DNA of 64,000 nucleotides from IMG/VR virus record IMGVR_UViG_3300020470_003365, positions 3,622-67,621 of that record. One strand, given 5' to 3'. A model generated the notes under the pieces. It saw only the letters and a program-made list of their open reading frames with translations, was not told where the DNA came from and did no database searches. Origin of the DNA: a virus. This document shows positions 39,895 through 48,487 of this stretch, in pieces; positions within the stretch are counted from its first letter, which is position 1, and each line of letters begins with the position of its first letter. Made by a program: the position numbers and the translations under genes.

Positions 39895-42800
39895 ATGACA
39901 ACTAGAGGAATCTTCATACTAGAAACTGTAAGGACTCGCCAGAGAGAAGGTGAGTGGGTTCCTTTGGATGATGTTTATGGTAAAGATAGTTTACAAGAAG
40001 TTGGATATATTGTTGGTGGCCAAAATTCGAGTAATCAATCAACTTCTAATTACCAAACTATTAATTATAGTACAGAGACTAAAGGAAATATATCACCATT
40101 ATCTATAGCAAAAATAGGAGTATTTGGAACTGCGAGTCCTTCTGCAGGATATACTTATGGTGGAATGGCCAATCCTAGTACCCATTACAGCAGTATTGAC
40201 AAATTAACTCTTTCTACTCAAACACATGCTGCACTCCCAAGTGCTAATATGACTGCAGCATATTCAAAGGGTGGAAGTTGTGGTAGTTCAACGATTGGAT
40301 ATCTTTGTGGTGGAATTGGCCCTAGCGAACCAAATGGTTATACACGATTAGAGAAATTAACATATTCTACTGAAACTTTAGAACGTATTCCTGGAGCTAA
40401 TATGCCAGGATATCCTAGTGGTGCATGGAATAATTCTGCATCTGGTGATGGAGATAATGCTGGATATTGGGTTGGTGGTGCAACACAAAGTGGAAGTAGA
40501 GTTAATAAATTTACATATTCTAGTGATTCTTGGGGTTCTCTTCCAAACCTTCCTGGTTTACCAAACTTAAATAGAAATCAAAAAGCAGGTCAGGCTTCAA
40601 GTGATACTGGATTTTATTTGGTTGGTGGTTCAAACCCATATAGTAGTAGAGTGCAAAAAGTTACTTTTGCATCTGGAACTAGTAGTATTGTAACTAATAG
40701 TACTGTTCCTACTAACAATGGAAGAATGAGACTGACTGGTACAGGAAGTCATAGTAGAGGATATTTTGCAGGGGGAACAGAGACATCTATTGTTGAAAGA
40801 ATGCAATTCTCAACCAATAGTATGACTAGACTTCCTGCATTGGATTTGTCACAGGGAGTACAAGATTTAGGATCATTATCGTCAGTTGCAGATAATAAAG
40901 CACTTCCAAAACCAACTCAAACATTTACTGGTAAGGTAGCATCTTTTGATTTTGGATATGTCACTGGAGGAGAGCAAGTATCACCATATCCAGGTAGTGG
41001 AAACACAAGAACATTTAAAATTAATTATTCAACAGATACTAGTGCTAGAATTCCATCAGCTGATCAGAATATTGCTACTAGATATCAATTTGCTGCAGGA
41101 AATTCATCAACAGGGTATATAGCAGGAGGACAATCTGGTTCAACTCCAGGTGATGGGTCAGAATCGATGGACAAATTCCATTATTCTACGGACACTAGAG
41201 GTAGTAGTCCTAATTGGGGTAACAGGAGATTTGATTCATTTGCAATGACTGATGGGCCTCAAACAGCTTTTTATGGTCTTGGAGGTAAAGGGCAACCTGG
41301 TAGTAGTTTAAAGGATAATTCATATAAGATGGATTATGCCACTGAGAGTCCAACTACATTACCATCTAATGCATATCTTAGTATCGCAAGAAGAGCAGGT
41401 TCATCATATGTAAACAATGCACATGGTTATATGGCTGGTGGTGGACAATATCCTGGAACTGCTAGAACTAAGGTAGATAAAATACATTTTAGTAGTGAAA
41501 CGACATCTCAGGTTCCTAGTGCTGATTTACCAACAATGTTAAACAATAATTATGGAACTAGTGAAGCTTCTGCAGGATATAGTTATGGTGGAATTGATAA
41601 CGGTAGCACTTGGTATAGCTCTGTTTTCAAAACAACATTTGCAACAGAGACAACATCAACTAATCCAGCTGCACTTCCAGCAATTAATGCCAAGATAACA
41701 ACAGTGGGTAATCCTACTAATGCTTATCTTGTAGGAGGTTGGTCTAGTAATCCAAATCCAGCTTATCATAGAAGTGATATTTACAAATACACTTATTCTA
41801 CTGAAACTTTCTCACAATTACCTAATTTAGCGAGTGTAATGGTTTCTGGAGCAGGAATGAGTGCTAGTGATGATAATATGCCATTCCAAACACCTCCAGT
41901 AGAAACACCAACTAATCCTGAATTTCTTAGTTATCCTACAGGAGCTACAGCTCATGGTTATTTTACTAGTGGAAATGGTCCTTCAGCTCCTGGTTATTCT
42001 AATACAGAGAGATTGGATTTCTCTAGTGAAACGTATACAACCATGCCTGGAATGGTAATGCCTGGTTTGCCTGGATTACCAGGAAGTGCAAGTAAATTTA
42101 CTGATGGATCTTCTAATAGAAGTGCCACTCATGGATATATGATGGGAGGACAATTCCAAGGAAATTATTATAGTACAATTTATAAATCAACATATTCGAG
42201 TAGTACAACGTCAAGATCTCCTTCAAATATGATTAGTGCCAGATACCATAACTTTTCATCTGGATCTACTACTCATGGATATACTATTGGTGGTAATGCA
42301 CCTAGTGGTAGATCTAGTGTTGAAAAATTGAATTACTCTAATGATACAAGTGAGAGTTTATCAAATCTGTCAAATAATAGACAAAGAGGTGGAGCTGCTT
42401 CTTCTCCAACTGCATTATATGCTTCTATGAGTTATTATAGAACTGGTTTTGCAAAAGTAACATTTTCTAATGATGATGTTCAGGAATACGTTCCTTCGAT
42501 AGGAAATGTACCAAATCCTGGTTCATCTCCATCTAATTATTGGGGATATGGTCAGATAGCAGGAACAGGAAATAAAACACAGGGATACTTTGGTGGTGGT
42601 GTATGGGCTACTCCTGGAAGTCAAAATACTTTATTATTTAAAGTGACTTATGCAACTGAAACTCTTTCCCCTGCTCCTAATTTGAATGCAAATGCTTATA
42701 AAGTAAATACTGGAGATAATGAAAAAGGTTATTTTATGGGTTCAAATAATCCATATCCTGGTACTCAAAAATTAGTTTTTTCTACCGAGACTATGAGCAC

Positions 42801-42897
42801 TGTACCTGCAGGAGCTCCAACTAATAGAACTAATGGATTTGGATATGGACCAAGAGACCAAGGAATTACTGAGGTAGGAACTCCTAATGTAGTTTAA
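39895..42897 (+). CDS. Kelch-like beta-propeller repeat protein 3
   Basis: Same repeat family; three blocks with Pro/Thr linkers (PKPTQT, TPPVETPTNP). Confidence 0.7.
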   Translation: MTTRGIFILETVRTRQREGEWVPLDDVYGKDSLQEVGYIVGGQNSSNQSTSNYQTINYSTETKGNISPLSIAKIGVFGTASPSAGYTYGGMANPSTHYSSIDKLTLSTQTHAALPSANMTAAYSKGGSCGSSTIGYLCGGIGPSEPNGYTRLEKLTYSTETLERIPGANMPGYPSGAWNNSASGDGDNAGYWVGGATQSGSRVNKFTYSSDSWGSLPNLPGLPNLNRNQKAGQASSDTGFYLVGGSNPYSSRVQKVTFASGTSSIVTNSTVPTNNGRMRLTGTGSHSRGYFAGGTETSIVERMQFSTNSMTRLPALDLSQGVQDLGSLSSVADNKALPKPTQTFTGKVASFDFGYVTGGEQVSPYPGSGNTRTFKINYSTDTSARIPSADQNIATRYQFAAGNSSTGYIAGGQSGSTPGDGSESMDKFHYSTDTRGSSPNWGNRRFDSFAMTDGPQTAFYGLGGKGQPGSSLKDNSYKMDYATESPTTLPSNAYLSIARRAGSSYVNNAHGYMAGGGQYPGTARTKVDKIHFSSETTSQVPSADLPTMLNNNYGTSEASAGYSYGGIDNGSTWYSSVFKTTFATETTSTNPAALPAINAKITTVGNPTNAYLVGGWSSNPNPAYHRSDIYKYTYSTETFSQLPNLASVMVSGAGMSASDDNMPFQTPPVETPTNPEFLSYPTGATAHGYFTSGNGPSAPGYSNTERLDFSSETYTTMPGMVMPGLPGLPGSASKFTDGSSNRSATHGYMMGGQFQGNYYSTIYKSTYSSSTTSRSPSNMISARYHNFSSGSTTHGYTIGGNAPSGRSSVEKLNYSNDTSESLSNLSNNRQRGGAASSPTALYASMSYYRTGFAKVTFSNDDVQEYVPSIGNVPNPGSSPSNYWGYGQIAGTGNKTQGYFGGGVWATPGSQNTLLFKVTYATETLSPAPNLNANAYKVNTGDNEKGYFMGSNNPYPGTQKLVFSTETMSTVPAGAPTNRTNGFGYGPRDQGITEVGTPNVV

Positions 42898-42925
42898 TAT
42901 GATATAATAATTTTATTATGAAACA
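42892..42925 (+). repeat. 34 bp gene-junction repeat with extended -10 promoter (copy 2)
   Basis: gtttaatatgatataataattttattatgaaaca; TGnTATAAT at 42900-42908. Confidence 0.85.
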
Positions 42926-43754
42926 TGAATATTATTTTATGGCAGGTCTTCCAAGATCTGGTGTGACTTTATTAAAAACTCTTTTGGATCAAAATCCAAA
43001 AATACATAGTGGACCTATAAGTCCAGTGGTTGAATTATTATATTATAATAATAAATATTTTATTGATAGTGAATCTTATGATGCTTTTCCAAAACCTAAA
43101 GCAGCACATAGAATTGTTAGTAGTATAATTGATAATTATTATTATGATATTGAAAAACCGATAATTATAGATCATAATCGTGCATGGCCTGGTAATATTG
43201 AAAGAATAAAAACTTATATAAATCCTAATCCTAAAATTATTTGTACTGTTAGGAATGTATTGGATATACTTACATCTTTTATAACCTTAGTTCATAAAAA
43301 TAATGATCAAGTTTCATATCTTGATGAATTTTTAATAGAAAAGGGATATCCATGTACCGATGAGCTGAGGTGTCAGCATTTAATGAGTATGGAAGGAATA
43401 GTAGGACAATCTCTTTATGTTTTATATAAATCTCTTTTTATATGTCATGACGATTCTCATTTATTATTAGTAGAATATGAGGATATAGTTAATAATCCTG
43501 ATGTTACTATGAAAAGGATATATGATTTTTTAGAACTTGATTATTATCAGCATAATTATACTTATATTGATAACAAACATCCTGAGAATGATAAGGAATG
43601 GAATTTAAAAGATATGCATAAAGTTAGAAAAGAACTTAAAAAAATATCAAAAGATCCTAAAGATATTTTAAATGAGGCTGTATTGTATAATTTTAGTGAT
43701 TTTGAGTTTTGGAAGAATAATAATCACAAGTATATTTTTCAGGAGATTGCATAG
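42918..43754 (+). CDS. Sulfotransferase (PAPS-dependent)
   Basis: MAGLPRSGVTLL (5'-PSB loop), LDQNP.I, KIICTVR...DILTS, LVEYED.V.NP..TM.RIY.FL. Confidence 0.85.
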   Translation: MKHEYYFMAGLPRSGVTLLKTLLDQNPKIHSGPISPVVELLYYNNKYFIDSESYDAFPKPKAAHRIVSSIIDNYYYDIEKPIIIDHNRAWPGNIERIKTYINPNPKIICTVRNVLDILTSFITLVHKNNDQVSYLDEFLIEKGYPCTDELRCQHLMSMEGIVGQSLYVLYKSLFICHDDSHLLLVEYEDIVNNPDVTMKRIYDFLELDYYQHNYTYIDNKHPENDKEWNLKDMHKVRKELKKISKDPKDILNEAVLYNFSDFEFWKNNNHKYIFQEIA

Positions 43755-43775
43755 TATGTTTTTTTGTGATATAAT
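43747..43775 (+). promoter_or_regulatory. Sigma70-type promoter for the oxygenase-heptose operon
   Basis: TTGCAT-17 bp-TATAAT with extended TG. Confidence 0.7.
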
Positions 43776-43792
43776 TTAAAAAAAAATATAAT

Positions 43793-44485
43793 ATGGCATA
43801 TACTTTTGAGAATCGTTACAATACTAGGAATCCTCTTGAATGGGTTCTTATAAGAAGGAATGTGATAAATCCAGAGGGACTTAAAGAAATAGTTCGACAT
43901 ATGGAAGATTCTCAAAAGAATGATCTTCAAGTGTTTGATCCTAAAAAATCTAATGAAACTGGAGATACTCATTGGAGAACTGATAAAGAAATAAGAGATA
44001 CTCAAGTTGTGGATCATGGTCCTCTAGCTTCTAAGATAGAAGAATTGTTGAGGAATACTGTAAAAGATATAATTAATCCTTTTTATGAGTTAGAAATCAG
44101 TTATAGTGAAGTGCCTCAATTACTTTCGTATGGTGTGGGTGGTCATTATCAACCACATATTGATGCAGAGAGTTTATGGAAAACACCTGAAGGTGAGTTG
44201 ATATGGAAGAAATCAACAGACCGTGATATTTCTATGGTATTTTATTTGAATGATGGATATGAGGGTGGTGATTTTCTTTTTCCAGATATGGGTGTAAGAG
44301 TAAGACCAGAACCAGGAATGTTGGTTGCATTTCCATCTACATATCTTTATAAACATGGAGTGGAACCTGTAAGAAAAGGAATGAGATATTCTATGGTATG
44401 TTGGGCTGAGGTAAAAGGATTTCCTACACTTGCGGATATTAATGCAGATTTATCTAAAAGATATAATATTGAGGTAACAAACTAA
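43793..44485 (+). CDS. 2OG-Fe(II) oxygenase, prolyl-4-hydroxylase-like
   Basis: Y.VGGHYQPHIDA, RDISMVFYLNDGYEGGDFLF, PGMLVAFPS, HGVEPV.KG.RYS. Confidence 0.88.
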   Translation: MAYTFENRYNTRNPLEWVLIRRNVINPEGLKEIVRHMEDSQKNDLQVFDPKKSNETGDTHWRTDKEIRDTQVVDHGPLASKIEELLRNTVKDIINPFYELEISYSEVPQLLSYGVGGHYQPHIDAESLWKTPEGELIWKKSTDRDISMVFYLNDGYEGGDFLFPDMGVRVRPEPGMLVAFPSTYLYKHGVEPVRKGMRYSMVCWAEVKGFPTLADINADLSKRYNIEVTN

Positions 44486-44889
44486 TGGAGAATAACATAG
44501 TATGGTGTAATGGTACATTTGATATACTTCATCCAGGACATATTCAACTGTTTAAGGTTGCAAGGTCACTTGGTAATAAAGTTATTGTTGCTACCGATAC
44601 AGATGAAAAGATAAAGGCAGATAAAGGAGATCATAGACCAATTAATAATCTATGTTATAGAGTTGCAATGCTTGAGGCAATTAAGTATATTGATGTAGTT
44701 CACACATTTGGTAGTAGACAAGAGTTAGAAGACTTGATAGAATTGTATGCACCTGATATACTATTACTTGGTGATGATTGGAGGGATGGTGATGTAGTTG
44801 GATGGGAACATGCAGGTGAAGTCAGGCATCTTCCAAGAGTTGGTGGATATGCAAGCAGTAAAACTATTGAAAGGATTAAAAACTTATGA
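44485..44889 (+). CDS. rfaE2: Heptose-1-phosphate adenylyltransferase (HldE C-terminal / cytidylyltransferase family)
   Basis: NGTFDILHPGH (HxGH), KG..RPIN....R...L, PDIL..G.D, GY.SS..IE. Confidence 0.82.
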   Translation: MENNIVWCNGTFDILHPGHIQLFKVARSLGNKVIVATDTDEKIKADKGDHRPINNLCYRVAMLEAIKYIDVVHTFGSRQELEDLIELYAPDILLLGDDWRDGDVVGWEHAGEVRHLPRVGGYASSKTIERIKNL

Positions 44890-45617
44890 AAGTATTATTG
44901 ATTGGTGATAGTTGTATTGACAAATATGTTTATGGAGATGCAAAAAGATTGAGTCCAGAAGCTCCTGTTCCTGTTTTAGATTATATTAAAACAGATAGTA
45001 CGGAAGGAATGGCATATAATGTTTTTAATAATTTAAATGCTTTTGGTATAGAGGTTCATCTATTGACAAATGAAGAAGAGATCGTTAAGACCAGATATAT
45101 TGATGAGAAGGCTAATCAACAGATACTTCGAGTAGATGAAGAATCTGAAATTAAACCTTTTGATAATGAAGAAGTTGATTCTGATTATGATGCTCTTGTC
45201 ATATCTGATTATAATAAAGGATTTATAACTCAAGAGAAGTTATTTGAAATTTCTTCTACATTTGTAGGCCCTGTTTTTATTGATACTAAGAAGACATGTG
45301 TACCAGAAAATGCATTTATAAAGGTTAATGAGTCTGAGTTCAAAAAGATTACTCATTTTATTCCTGATAATATGATTATAACTAGGGGTGGAGAAGGAAC
45401 AGAGTATCAAGGTAAATTATATCCAGCAGAGAAGGTAAAAGTCTTTGATGTTGTAGGTGCAGGTGATACATTTCTTGCTGCACTTACCTATGGATATTTA
45501 AAGTATGGTACAATAGATAGAGCAATTCCACTTGCTAATAAAGCAGCAGCAATTGCTGTTTCGCACACAGGAACTTATGTATTAAAGGAGGAAGATGTCA
45601 AAACGTTATTGTGTTGA
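44886..45617 (+). CDS. rfaE1: Heptose-7-phosphate kinase (HldE N-terminal, PfkB family)
   Basis: IGD.CID.YVYG...RLSPEAPVPV, KTR, QQILRVD, ISDYNKG, DVVGAGDTF, AN.AAAIAV...GT. Confidence 0.88.
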   Translation: MKVLLIGDSCIDKYVYGDAKRLSPEAPVPVLDYIKTDSTEGMAYNVFNNLNAFGIEVHLLTNEEEIVKTRYIDEKANQQILRVDEESEIKPFDNEEVDSDYDALVISDYNKGFITQEKLFEISSTFVGPVFIDTKKTCVPENAFIKVNESEFKKITHFIPDNMIITRGGEGTEYQGKLYPAEKVKVFDVVGAGDTFLAALTYGYLKYGTIDRAIPLANKAAAIAVSHTGTYVLKEEDVKTLLC

Positions 45618-45945
45618 TATTGATGGTACGATTTGTAGTCCAACTGTAGGTAGAGATTACCATAAAGCAAAACCTTGGAAAGATCGTATTGCAACAATAA
45701 ATAAACTTTATGATGAAGGTAATTATATTATCTACTTCACTGCAAGGGCTATGGGTAGATTTTCTGATAAACCTCATTCTGTTGCATCTGTATCAGCAGA
45801 GGCAGCTTTATTTGATCTTACAAAACAGCAATTAGATGATTGGGGTGTAAAGTATCATGAATTAATCATGGGCAAACCACATGCAGATCTTTTTATTGAT
45901 GATAAAGGTATAAATTCTGATGAGTTCTTCCTCAACAAATATTAA
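45595..45945 (+). CDS. HAD-superfamily phosphatase (capsule-biosynthesis type)
   Basis: VDIDGTI, FTAR, GKP.ADLFIDDK. Confidence 0.8.
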   Translation: MSKRYCVDIDGTICSPTVGRDYHKAKPWKDRIATINKLYDEGNYIIYFTARAMGRFSDKPHSVASVSAEAALFDLTKQQLDDWGVKYHELIMGKPHADLFIDDKGINSDEFFLNKY

Positions 45946-46288
45946 ACACGTTCCCAAAGGATGGGGATATGAGAAGTGGATAGTCAATACTGATGAGTAT
46001 TGTGGTAAGCTGCTGTTCTTTAATAAAGGTAAGAGATGTTCATGGCACTATCATAAATTAAAAGATGAGACATTCTATCTACAGTCAGGTAGTATTCTTT
46101 TATTTTATGGTGAGACAGATTCTTTAGAAGATGCCAATACTATTGTATTAGAACCAGGCGATAAGTTTCATATCCATAGAGGATTGCGTCATCAAATGAT
46201 TGCACAAGATGACTCTGAATTATTTGAGTTTTCTACGCAACACTTTGATGAAGATTCTCATAGAGTTATAACTGGAGATACTCTTTAA
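45920..46288 (+). CDS. Cupin sugar isomerase (D-lyxose / mannose-6-phosphate isomerase-like)
   Basis: VPKGWGYE.WI.N...YCGK.L, SWHYH..KDETFY..SG, H.M.A, EFST.H...DS.R. Confidence 0.8.
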   Translation: MSSSSTNIKHVPKGWGYEKWIVNTDEYCGKLLFFNKGKRCSWHYHKLKDETFYLQSGSILLFYGETDSLEDANTIVLEPGDKFHIHRGLRHQMIAQDDSELFEFSTQHFDEDSHRVITGDTL

Positions 46289-47048
46289 TAGTAGTAAATT
46301 TATAATCACCCCATTCCTTTTTAGCACAAGTGTAGGTTTGATACTTACCTTTTAAGTGTTCTGGGAATGGGATATATTTTATGATGCCATTATATTTTTC
46401 TGCTACCAATTCTCCTACTTCTTGGAAACTGGTAGGATTACTTGTACCTAAATCATAGATACCAGAAGGTTTATCATTATTCAATACAATATCTACAATA
46501 TCATCTACGCATATAAAGTCTCTGAGGAATTTATCAGACCCTTCAAATAGTTTGAGTGCTCCTGTGTCTTTAACTTGCTTAGTGAATTTAGATACAGGAC
46601 TTGCTTGGTCTTCCTTATGCTCTTCTCCTTCTCCATAGACATTAAAGTATCTGAATCCTTGTACTAATTTAAATCTATCAATATTATCCTGAACCCAATA
46701 GTCTGAGATGACTTTGGATATTGCATAGTAATTAAGTGGATTGATTATATCAGAGGTATTGCCATAGACAGATGCAGATGATGCATATTTAATAGGAATT
46801 TGATACCTTATAGCTTGTTCGCATAACCATTCAGTGAACTCAACATTAAAGTGATTGATTGCTTTTAGATTGGTGCATGTGGTATCAGAGATTGCACCTT
46901 GATGAATTATTAGTTCTACTTTATGCCATTCATTAAAGGTACGAAAATGCCAACTGTTATTTTTTTCAACTTTAATAACTTCTTTATCCTTTAATTTTTC
47001 AAGAAATTTCTTTCCAATAAACCCTTCGTGACCTGTAATTATTATCAT
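46266..47048 (-). CDS. hldD: ADP-L-glycero-D-manno-heptose 6-epimerase-like NAD-dependent epimerase
   Basis: IIITG..GFIG, HQGAISDTT, YASSASVYG, PLNYYAISK, FRYFNVYG..E.HK..QAS, RDFI.VDD, IPFP..L.GKYQ.YT.A. Confidence 0.88.
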   Translation of the reverse strand: MIIITGHEGFIGKKFLEKLKDKEVIKVEKNNSWHFRTFNEWHKVELIIHQGAISDTTCTNLKAINHFNVEFTEWLCEQAIRYQIPIKYASSASVYGNTSDIINPLNYYAISKVISDYWVQDNIDRFKLVQGFRYFNVYGEGEEHKEDQASPVSKFTKQVKDTGALKLFEGSDKFLRDFICVDDIVDIVLNNDKPSGIYDLGTSNPTSFQEVGELVAEKYNGIIKYIPFPEHLKGKYQTYTCAKKEWGDYKFTTIKEYLQL

Positions 47049-47062
47049 AGTTTTTAATGAAT

Positions 47063-47101
47063 ATTATAACCTAACTAAATAGGAAAAGCAATAGATAAAT
47101 A
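47063..47101. promoter_or_regulatory. Minus-strand sigma70 promoter (hldD) overlapping plus-strand late boxes (fibre gene)
   Basis: Minus strand TTGCTT (47091-47086)-17 bp-TATAAT (47068-47063); plus strand TAAATA at 47076-47081 and 47096-47101. Confidence 0.65.
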
Positions 47102-47119
47102 CTTTAAAGAGTATCTATA

Positions 47120-48403
47120 ATGTCAGCAATTAATTTTCCCGATAATCCGTCCTTAAATCAGACATATACTGATAAAGGATTTACCTACAAGTGGAATGGT
47201 ACGGTATGGATCAGTGTTGGTATAAGTACGACAAGAATATCCAACATTCGAGAGATTGATGATATATCTTCTAGTTTTAATGGATCAACTACACAATTTC
47301 CACTAAAGGTTGGTGGTACTGATGTTACACCTGTAACCGCACAGCAACTGATCATCACCATTGGTGGTGTTATTCAAGATCCTAATCAGGATTATTCATT
47401 ATCTGGTGCTAATATAGTATTCTCTACTGCTCCTGCAGCTGGTCTTACTTTTATTGGAACGATCCTTGGAACAGATCTGCCATTAAATACGATTGCGGAT
47501 GATTCAGTAACACCTGCTAAAATTTCAACAGGTGGGCCTAGTTGGGCAACTGATGGTACGGTTGGGATAACAAGTGGTATTAATATTGTAGGTGTTGCTA
47601 CAGTCGGTGGAAATGCAATTATAGGTGGTGTTGCTACTATAGCAGGTACTACTCAATCAACCAATAAAGATACAGGATCTCTTGTACTTGAAGGTGGATT
47701 AGGTCTTGAAGGTAATATTAATGCAGGTGGAAATATTACTGCTGTTGGCAATTTATCTGCTGTAGATGGAACCTTTAGTGGTGACGTTAGTATCGGTGGA
47801 ACATTAACCAAACAGGATGTTACTAACGTTGATTCTGTTGGTCTTATTACTGCAAGATCAGGTATTAAAGTAAATACTGGTGGTGTTGATATCTCTGCTG
47901 GTGGTATAACTGCTGCTGGTATTGCTAGTGTCTCTGCTGGTGCTGCTGGTACAGTTACTATTGGATATGGTAACACTACTCTTATTGTTGATGGTGGAGC
48001 AAGAATAACTGGTATTCTTACCGTTGGAACAAGTAGTTTAACACTAGATGGTACTAATAATAAGGTTAATATCGGAACAGGTGTAACAGTAGATGCTACT
48101 GGTTATAGAGTTGGTGGTGATACCTTCTTACATGCAACTGGTGCTGCACTTCCATTCTTGAATGTTAGTGGAGTAACTACCAGTACTGGTGGTTTTATGA
48201 TTGGTATCACATCAGGTGCTACTAACATAACTAATGGCCCAATAAAGACATTAAATTTTGTTGGTGTTGGTAATACATTCTTAGTATCAGGAACTACAGT
48301 TGACATTAGCATCGCTGGCGGTGGTGGTGGCGGTGGCGGTAACGCTAGTGCAAGTTTCTTTGCTAGTGGATATGGTGGAGCTACATTAAGAACTGTAGAA
48401 TAA
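47120..48403 (+). CDS. Tail fibre protein
   Basis: INFP..P..NQ.Y....TYKWNGTVW; IDDISSSFNG.TT.F.L...GVIQ.P..DY...G..I.F..AP; GTLTKQDVTNVDSVG; LNFVG.GN...DISIAGGGG. Confidence 0.8.
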   Translation: MSAINFPDNPSLNQTYTDKGFTYKWNGTVWISVGISTTRISNIREIDDISSSFNGSTTQFPLKVGGTDVTPVTAQQLIITIGGVIQDPNQDYSLSGANIVFSTAPAAGLTFIGTILGTDLPLNTIADDSVTPAKISTGGPSWATDGTVGITSGINIVGVATVGGNAIIGGVATIAGTTQSTNKDTGSLVLEGGLGLEGNINAGGNITAVGNLSAVDGTFSGDVSIGGTLTKQDVTNVDSVGLITARSGIKVNTGGVDISAGGITAAGIASVSAGAAGTVTIGYGNTTLIVDGGARITGILTVGTSSLTLDGTNNKVNIGTGVTVDATGYRVGGDTFLHATGAALPFLNVSGVTTSTGGFMIGITSGATNITNGPIKTLNFVGVGNTFLVSGTTVDISIAGGGGGGGGNASASFFASGYGGATLRTVE

Positions 48404-48425
48404 ATTTATAAATGTAAAAAGATGC

Positions 48426-48431
48426 TAAATA
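48426..48431 (+). promoter_or_regulatory. Late promoter box TAAATA
   Basis: Upstream of the Cys-rich gene pair; a strong AGGAGG RBS precedes 48488. Confidence 0.6.
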
Positions 48432-48487
48432 GAAAAAGAATATACTTAATTGTAATGCGTGATTTACAGGTAGGAGGATTTAAGTAA

